Part shown: one piece after another, positions 55,781 through 64,000 of the stretch
Numbering within the stretch: the first letter of the stretch is position 1
Layout: each line of letters opens with the position of its first letter
From: Octopus vulgaris
Taxonomy: Eukaryota
DNA length: 64,000 nucleotides
Direction of reading: 5' to 3'
NCBI GenBank assembly: GCA_951406725.2
Contig: OX597826.1
Location: 56,854,001 to 56,918,000 of the forward strand
Made by a program: the position numbers and the translations under genes
The notes under the pieces: model-generated
What the model was told of the DNA's origin: nothing
Seen by the model: only the letters and a program-made list of their open reading frames with translations
Database searches by the model: none

Positions 55781-55786
<6 letters not shown>
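55655..55786. mobile_element. Tc1/mariner-type mini-MITE carrying a captured SINE fragment
   Basis: TA|CATGGTGTCCCCAAAAAATGTATACACA ... TGTGTATACATTTTTTTGGGGACACCCTA|TA (about 28-bp TIR); 55683-55736 matches family B internal sequence. Confidence 0.85.
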
Positions 55787-55818
<32 letters not shown>

Positions 55819-56449
55819 CACACGATATTCATGCGCATGTATGTATATGTGTATGTGTGTGTGTGTATATATTTTCTGTGTAAAAGTGTTACTCTCTATT
55901 TCAGTTGATTTGTGGTGAAAGACGAAAAAATCAAAAGTGTCAATGTACACAGACATCATGTCATCGCACTGGAAAACTAACGAAAAGGAAAAAAAATCGA
56001 TAATGCCTACACACAACACACAGAGAAGCAAATGAGCACACGCATACACACACACATATATATATATATAAATACACACACATACATACGCATATAGAAA
56101 CTCTTTATTCCCTATCACACAGAGACAGGATATATATAACCGTATCACATTTATTTATTTATTCGTACTTTATCCGTATTTATATACACCACACAAACTA
56201 TATACATTCATACATGCATGCATATATGTTTTCATGTATGTAAGTACACATGTAGATAAATAGACATAAAAACAATATATTCATGTTTGAATACACACCA
56301 CATATACACACACACACACACGCGTGTATATGATATGCATTATAAATGTATACATGTGCATATGTATGTAGCTATCTCTATATATGTGTACGTGTACCTA
56401 TACATGTAAATATACACATATACATATATTACACAAACATCCACTTATC

Positions 56450-56450
56450 T

Positions 56451-56485
<35 letters not shown>

Positions 56486-56492
56486 TATATGC

Positions 56493-56540
<48 letters not shown>

Positions 56541-56958
56541 GTACATATATATATATATATACACATATATATACATATATATATACATATATATATATAT
56601 ACACATATATATACATATATATATATACATACATATATATATACATATATATACATATATATATATACATACATATATATATACATATATATACATACAT
56701 ATATATATATACATATATATACATATATATATACATACATATATATATACATATATATACATATATATATACATATATATATACATATATATACATATAC
56801 ATACATATATATATACATATACATACATATATATATACATATATATATACATATATATATACATATATATACATATATATATACATATATATACATATAT
56901 ATACATATATATATACATATATATACATATATATACATATATATATACATATATATAC

Positions 56959-56991
<33 letters not shown>

Positions 56992-57140
56992 CATATATAT
57001 ATATATTTATATATATATATACATGCACAGATGTACACAGAATCATACAAGTAGGCCATTATATTATAGAAATTCGTATATGCAACAAATGAATTCCTAC
57101 AGATATGTATGTATGTATGTATGTATATATATATATATAT
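56450..57140. repeat. Long compound (TA)n/(CATATA..)n microsatellite
   Basis: Direct reading; source of the 200-260 aa YI pseudo-ORFs. Confidence 0.95.
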
Positions 57141-57450
57141 GTTTGTGTCCGTTTGTGCATGTCTAAATATTGAGATAACAACAAGCGTCTGTAATATGTT
57201 TGCGTTTGCAATTATATAAATACACCTCTACAATATTAATTCACAGTAGACATGTAAACAGAATTAAAGTGATTAAATGCGGCAAGATGTTCGATGGAAA
57301 TTGTCAAGTACGTGCTATCAAGGGAACGGCATAGTGTTGTTGGTGGTGATGGTCGTGGTGGTAGTGCCATAAACAGGCACGCATATTGAACAGTAGTGAA
57401 AGGACACTTTACTAAATTACTAAGACTCACACGGTCACTGGAGTGTAGAG

Positions 57451-57489
<39 letters not shown>

Positions 57490-57582
57490 TTTATGTATGT
57501 ATATATTGCGCACGTATGTGTGTATATTCGTATATGTATACTAGATGCACCTTTATGTGTAATAATATATGCACGTGTGTGT

Positions 57583-57627
<45 letters not shown>

Positions 57628-57672
57628 CAAACATGAATGTGTATGTTGACATACACACAAGTGCAAACACAT

Positions 57673-57769
<97 letters not shown>

Positions 57770-57827
57770 CATACATACAACTATGTGTGTGTGTTGGGTG
57801 AAAGTGTATATGTGCGTCTGAATAATA

Positions 57828-57935
57828 TGGTGGATCCTCCATCGGTTGCGACGAAGAGCACTCAGCTGTTCGATCAACCAAACTCACTTCTCGTTAAATT
57901 GACGGGTATGTCACTGGGTATTCCACAGCCGCCGT
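57828..57935 (-). mobile_element. Old SINE 3' end, same tail type as the right flank of the 192-bp array
   Basis: Minus strand ...ttgatcgaacagctgagtgctcttcgtcgcaaccgatggaggatcca resembles about 25120-25172 ...ataatcgaacaacttgacgctcatgcgtgtaaatcgacaggagagtcca. Confidence 0.55.
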
Positions 57936-58129
57936 GTACTTTTAATGCAACTTGTCTTGTTCAACACGTCACTCAGGGGAATCAGAGTAGAGACCTGATG
58001 ACACAGAAGCGAATTTCGTAACTATACATGTATGCATATGAACATGTATGAATGTATATGTGTACGTGTATGTACACACACACATATAAGTACATGTCAT
58101 ATGATCATATAGGAACATATATATATATA

Positions 58130-58315
58130 GTCATGATAGATCGTTAGCTGCTACATACATTTTTTTCTCTCCTTGTTTTTTTCTGTGTATCTTTCTGTCG
58201 AAGAGCGTAGGCTCGAAACATAAAAGACTTTTTCTATTCCTGAGCGCTATACTAATACATTTGTTTGTTTGTACATCACCTGCGTTCGTCTTTTGTTTAT
58301 TTTCGTAAACTTTCC

Positions 58316-58318
<3 letters not shown>
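58130..58318 (+). mobile_element. Penelope-like terminal remnant in (TA)n with a degenerate minimal hammerhead motif
   Basis: TCTTT-CTGTCGA-A-GAGC-GTAG-GCTC-GAAAC-AT-A-AAAGA at 58190-58227; T-rich flanks; inserted in TA repeat. Confidence 0.6.
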
Positions 58319-58360
<42 letters not shown>

Positions 58361-58798
58361 TATTAACACATCTGTAAAAATTATATTCAAATGTGTGTTG
58401 GTAAATCTAATGAACAGGTTCACATTTATGTGACCACGCATACACAAACAGCCAACCTACATGTATATCACATGCCACAAGAACACGAACATACATAAAC
58501 ATGCGCATTCAGACAAATATACATAAATACGTACATGCATCTACATATACAGGACCTGTTTATAGACTCATTTACTTTTATAATCATCCCCCTAATACCG
58601 GTAGTAATATAAGTTCATGGAAATAACGAACGAATACAACAACCACATATATCATCCAAAAGAAATATGTTTGAAAAATGTCATGATCAGAGATGGCTCA
58701 GACAATCCTAAATAAATCACTGACTGTTCGCACAACGAAGTGTACACGTTAAATGGAAGCTGGTATAGTTATCTTACAGCATTTTTTTTTATTCCACA

Positions 58799-58957
58799 GC
58801 AGGAGTGGCTGTGTGGTAAGTAGCTTGCTAACCAACCACATGGTTCCGGGTTCAGTCCCACTGCGTGGCATCTTGGGCAAATGTCTTCTGCTATAGCCCC
58901 GGGCCGACCAATGCCTTGTGAGTGGATTTGGTAGACGGAAACTGAAAGAAGCCTGTC

Positions 58958-59005
<48 letters not shown>

Positions 59006-59210
59006 TTGTGTGTCTGTGATTGTCCCCCTAGCATTGCTTGACAATCGATGCTGGTGTGTTTACGTCCCCGCCACTTAGCGGTTCGGCAAAAGAGACCGAT
59101 AGAATAAGTACTGGGCTTACAAAGAATAAGTCCCGGGGTCGATTTGGTCGACTAAAGGCGGTGCTTCAGCATGGCCGCAGTCAAATGACTGAAACAAGTA
59201 AACGAGTAAA
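58799..59210 (+). mobile_element. Family-B SINE, near full length
   Basis: gcaggagtggctgtgtgg...gactgaaacaagtaaacgag. Confidence 0.92.
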
Positions 59211-59659
59211 CGAATCATCTTTACTTTCCATTCCAGAAGTTGACAATATATATACCAGTTATGTATACAGAGATCGATTCATTTGATCATCTAAATTCTA
59301 AATTTTCCTTTTCAACATTGGGAAGTCCTACAAAATTGAAGGGCTGTAAGGATTTATTAATTAGTACCGTTGGCGTCTGTCGAAACAGGTATGTCTGTTT
59401 TCGGGAGCTTTTCTCCCATTCGATTTCGTTATCCGATTTGAATTATTTTTACTGTTTAAAGTAAAGGACGACAGGATGTCATCCTTTCGGTTTCCTCTCC
59501 CTCAAAAATGTCATGTTCTGTGACATTCTTAAGAAACTATTTATTGATAGTGGCGCGCGGAAAAGACGCGATTTGAAGTCAAAAACCACCATATATGGGA
59601 AATGAAGTCATTATGGAATGTCGCGATCAAGCATTGAATTACGACGGTGAAATGGCTCC

Positions 59660-59850
59660 AATTAAATAATGAGGCCGGATCGTAGACTGTAATAATTTCC
59701 CCTGTACTTGACTGATACTTTATTTGATCGACCTCAGAAGATGAAAGGAAAAGTTGACCGCAGAGGGATTTTGATCTCAGAACATAAAGAGCCAGAGCAA
59801 ATACCGCAAAGCATTTTTACTAACGTTCTAACGATTCTGCCAATGTACCA
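59660..59850 (-). mobile_element. Decayed family-A SINE
   Basis: gatcgacctcagaagatgaaagg...ttctaacgattctgcc. Confidence 0.7.
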
Positions 59851-60126
59851 CCCTAGCGTGAAGACCTAATAACAGATTAAAGCTAAGCGTAAAAATGAGA
59901 GGGAACGGAGTATCATCTTCATGCCTTTTTTTTCAAAGGTATATAATAGGGTACTGGTGAGGTAAAGCGTAACAAAACTGCTTCGGTTGGAGACAGTAAC
60001 CATACTCCGTACATGTAATAGCTATATACCCCGCCACTAGTCCGAATTTCTCGGAAGAAACGACGGAGGATGTATCTTGTTAGATAATCTACTTATATTT
60101 ACTTAAATACACCTCAGCTACAAATG

Positions 60127-60171
<45 letters not shown>

Positions 60172-60185
60172 AAAAAATATATATA

Positions 60186-60330
60186 TAAATACAAAATGGG
60201 ACAAGAACGCAAAATACTCAAATAGACGACACAAAAAACGAAGCCTCTAATCTTCAGTCAAGAACCGGATCATCCTCGCAATTTCGGCTGATTAATCTTG
60301 AGATCGCTCCGATCCGGCCAGCCCCAGACC
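60186..60330 (-). mobile_element. Second Penelope-like remnant next to (TA)n with hammerhead-like strands
   Basis: Minus strand has GCGATC-TCAAGA, GCC-GAAA-TTGC and TCTTGA-CTGAAGA, then a T-rich tail into the TA repeat. Confidence 0.45.
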
Positions 60331-60544
60331 ACTGGGTCATATGTAGTTAAGCATTGTTCGATATATTGTCTTTTGGTGGAGTAACTCAACGAAGTGGAGA
60401 CACCGGGTTGTCACTTGGCCCTCATCTCAAACTGTATGCATTTATTTACAAATACGTTTTAAAATATGTAAATGTATTGCAACAACTAATGTTATTTTCA
60501 ACAATGAATTTCGAACTCGTGTGCTTTAAGTTGTTCTTTTAACT

Positions 60545-60767
60545 CTTTCTTTACTACCCACAAGGGGCTAAACACAGAGGGGACAAACAAGGACAGACAC
60601 ACGGATTAAGTCGATTATATCGACTCCAGTGCGTAACTGGTACTTTATTTATCGACCCCGAAAGGATGAAATGCAAAGTCGACCTCGGCGGAATTTGAAC
60701 TCAGAACGCAGAGGCGGACGAAATACCACAAAGCATTTCGCCCGGTGTGCTAACGTTTCTGTCAGCT
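60545..60767 (-). mobile_element. Family-A SINE
   Basis: Tail, core and most of the head are present. Confidence 0.9.
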
Positions 60768-61632
60768 TTAACATTGACTTAAAGGATTGATTTCACATCA
60801 TGCTGTGCACTATAAGAAAGGTTCCTGCCAAGAGACCGACCAATAATGCAACATCAAGATATGATCAGAGAAAAATTCAAAACCTCTTTCCGTATCTGAG
60901 AAATATTGATTTCTAAAAACGTCCACGCTTTCAAACTAACAGAAAATAGGGAAGCGTAACGGTGCGACGTTCATACCTTTTTTTCACAAACGTTTTTTGA
61001 CGTGAAGTATTCATAACCTACTGATGAAAACCCGTTATGTGAATCTGCTGAACAGGGAACTTATTTCTGTTCGATGAGATTCGGAATCAAAACTGATTTA
61101 TGTAAGGGTGAAAAAATATAGACGAAATAATCGATACCAATAATAGTTCTCTCGCCATAAGAATGTAAAAAAAAAAAAAAAAATTATAATAAATAAATAA
61201 ATCAAAAGGAAAATGAAAGCGACCTCAGCAACGTTCGATCTCTATTGTAGGTAGGTAGGTGACTTGGTAAGTAGTGAATCAATTATACAATAAGCAACAA
61301 ACTCAGCCTTCAAAAGTCTGGCCTGGTTACATCTCCCCACCAACCACATACGTTCTTTAACTTTACACAATGTTTTATTGAAAGATAGCGAAAATTTATT
61401 TGCATATAAAATAGAAAGACGACTTCTCAAATATTTTATCTCAATAACACCACTAATACTGTGTGCGTTCTTAGAACACGATAAAGCTAGCTATCTTAGA
61501 ATAAATAACTGATAAACAGATTCTCTCACACGGAAAATATTAGCCACTATTTGATTGTGTGTGTGTGAATACACACACATATAGGTAACACTATAATGTT
61601 TTTGCGCATCGACAAAAAGTATATACGTAATT

Positions 61633-61672
<40 letters not shown>

Positions 61673-62042
61673 GCATTTGCATACATTTTAATATAAATAT
61701 ATTTATGCACACGTATGTACGTAAATGTATGTTAACTGTAGTCTCTCTATCTAGTATGACCATCTTTAGTACTTCCTATTTACTTTTAATGCGTAGTACC
61801 GCTATAACCATGGCACCCACCGAGACCAGTATGGTTAAAGCAAAAACTTTGCTCATCTCTCACAACGACGGAACCTCAACGGAAGACGGCAGGCAACCCG
61901 CCAATGCAAAATGCATTCCGTGCGATCGCACGTGCGACGAATCTACGGAACTAATACCATCTCATTGTCGCAGACAAGAGTCGTAAAGGTATACATACTG
62001 ATATGTATACAGGCATAAATATTATACAAACACGTACGCATG

Positions 62043-62088
<46 letters not shown>

Positions 62089-62535
62089 TACACACACGCA
62101 TATATACAAACACATACATTCACACGCACATATATCTGTCTATAGTTAATATACACGTATGCACATAAATATATATACACACAAGAGCATATACATAATT
62201 ACACGTGTGTGCTTACACACACGTGTCTATATACACATATATTATACACATGTAACTATATTTCTACATTAGATACACGTGTATGCTTACATATATACAT
62301 ATACAATGAGCATATACATAATTACACATATACAACGTGTGTTTACACTAATATGCATATACATGTAACTATATACATTACGGGCACATACACACACGTA
62401 GGAATATGTGTGTACTACATATATATGTGTAAGTGCATATATATGCGTATATGTATATGATATACGTACTTTTATGCTCATGTATATGAACATATACGTA
62501 AAAATATGTGCCTATACACACACACACACACATAC

Positions 62536-62587
<52 letters not shown>

Positions 62588-63497
62588 CACATACATGCAC
62601 ACAAATCAAAACTTTAATAAACACGCACAAACTCGCATTAAAAAAAGGAGAAAAGTGTTGAAAATTAATGGAGACGCTATACGTACACATAAATAGACCT
62701 TTCTTCACTGAAAATAACTGATTTTCACGAAACGTACAAACCATAATGGAAAAAAAAAGAAATACCCTCTTTTCTAGTGTATTTTCAGTGTGTGTGTTTT
62801 TTTGCTGTTTGTTTGTTTTGGGTTTTTTTTGTTTTTCTAGTTACTATTTTCATTGGTTTTTACTTTAATGTGTGAACATAAATAAATAAATAAAAGTATA
62901 AAATAAATAAATAAATCAGCAAACGTACAAAATATAATTATAAATTTCTTTAGATTTCGTGTTCTTTGAAAATTCTTGCTATTCATGTAGCGTCAGGTTT
63001 GTAGGTTTACTGTCGTATCATAATATCTCTGACAGTACTTATAGCCGAGTTATAAATAATTATTACCAATATTTATTTATTTTTATGTATGTAGGTATGT
63101 ATGTATGTATGTATGAATGTATTTATTTATTTATTTATTTAAAGATGTAACTCTGACTTGACTGACTATGTATGAGTTCTCCTCCATCATCTAGGGAAAC
63201 AACACAATAATAATAATAAAGACTAAAGAAAAAAAAAATATTTTAAAAAATGGGAAAATAAAAAGCAAAACGGAGAAAGTTAGGAAGAAGGAAGAAAACT
63301 ATCAGTATCGATATTACTATATAGTACAACAATATTTCTTCGAAAGAAAAGAAAAAAAAAAACCCATTAACTTGGGACTAGCACTATGGTAGTAAATTGT
63401 TAGCAAAATAGCTTCTTATATGGAATAACATTAAAGGACTTTCTCGGGGCCAGAAGTGACCTTAATGAAGTAAAAAAAATAAATAAACAACAACAAC

Positions 63498-63532
<35 letters not shown>

Positions 63533-63861
63533 GTGAATAAATAAAGTCTGAGAGTTTGTGGGGTTTCGATAAGTTGTGTTGCTTAGAGGAGTGAGTGAAA
63601 AGTTTAGAGTAACGCTTAGGACTGAAAGTCTTTTGATGGAAAAAAAAAATCGACAAATCCATCAAATATTGATATCGATTCGGGATCCCAACAAGCCGGT
63701 AGCTCACCTTCACTCGTGACTTATTGCTGTATACAGTCTCCACATCTAATAATGGTCTTATTTCATTAATTGATTTTCGTGTCTACGTTGAAGGGCCCTC
63801 TTAGTATGTGCAAAGAGAAGGTTTGCTATTTATTTAGTCGCCCACACTATATATAACCCGT

Positions 63862-64000
63862 GGAGGCGCAATGGCCCAGTGGTTAGGGCAGCGGACTCGC
63901 GGTCGTAGGATCGCGGTTTCGATTCCCACGTTGTGAGTGTTTATTGAGCGAAAACACCTAAAAGCTCCACGAGGCTCCGACAGGGGATGGTGGCGATCCC
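63862..64000 (+). mobile_element. tRNA(Arg)-derived SINE family C, 5' part, runs off the window
   Basis: GGAGGCGCAATGGCCCAGTGGTTAGGGCAGCGGACTCGCGGTC...GGTTTCGATTCCC: A box, TCG anticodon-like loop and B box, followed by a non-tRNA body. Confidence 0.85.

Noticed and set aside
61020-61050. CTGATGA motif as a hammerhead (also CTGAAGA at about 41698)
   Set aside because: No properly placed GAAA or stems.
63862-63930. tRNA-Arg gene
   Set aside because: Acceptor stem is not closed and the sequence continues into a SINE body.

Overview
AT-rich eukaryotic DNA saturated with microsatellites and tRNA-derived SINEs. The repeat content (OK/OR-type SINEs, (TA)n/(CA)n/(ACAT)n/(AAT)n arrays) points to a coleoid cephalopod, most likely Octopus; this is inferred, not verified. 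I find no convincing protein-coding exon. Almost all ORF-track entries are translations of microsatellites or SINEs, so the window looks like a large intron or gene desert. Supported features: three young tRNA-SINE families and older decayed SINEs, a 3' fragment of a CR1/L2-type LINE, hAT MITEs with 8-bp TSDs, a Tc1/mariner mini-MITE, two Penelope-like terminal remnants with hammerhead-like motifs, and a 4 x 192-bp tandem array built from a SINE body. The best leads are the 192-bp array (open on both strands), the degenerate hammerhead motifs, a MITE that captured SINE DNA, a SINE heterodimer under one TSD, a LINE/SINE shared 3' hairpin, and inverted repeat pairs that could be ADAR substrates. 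I cannot support a novel multi-gene system or a CRISPR array.
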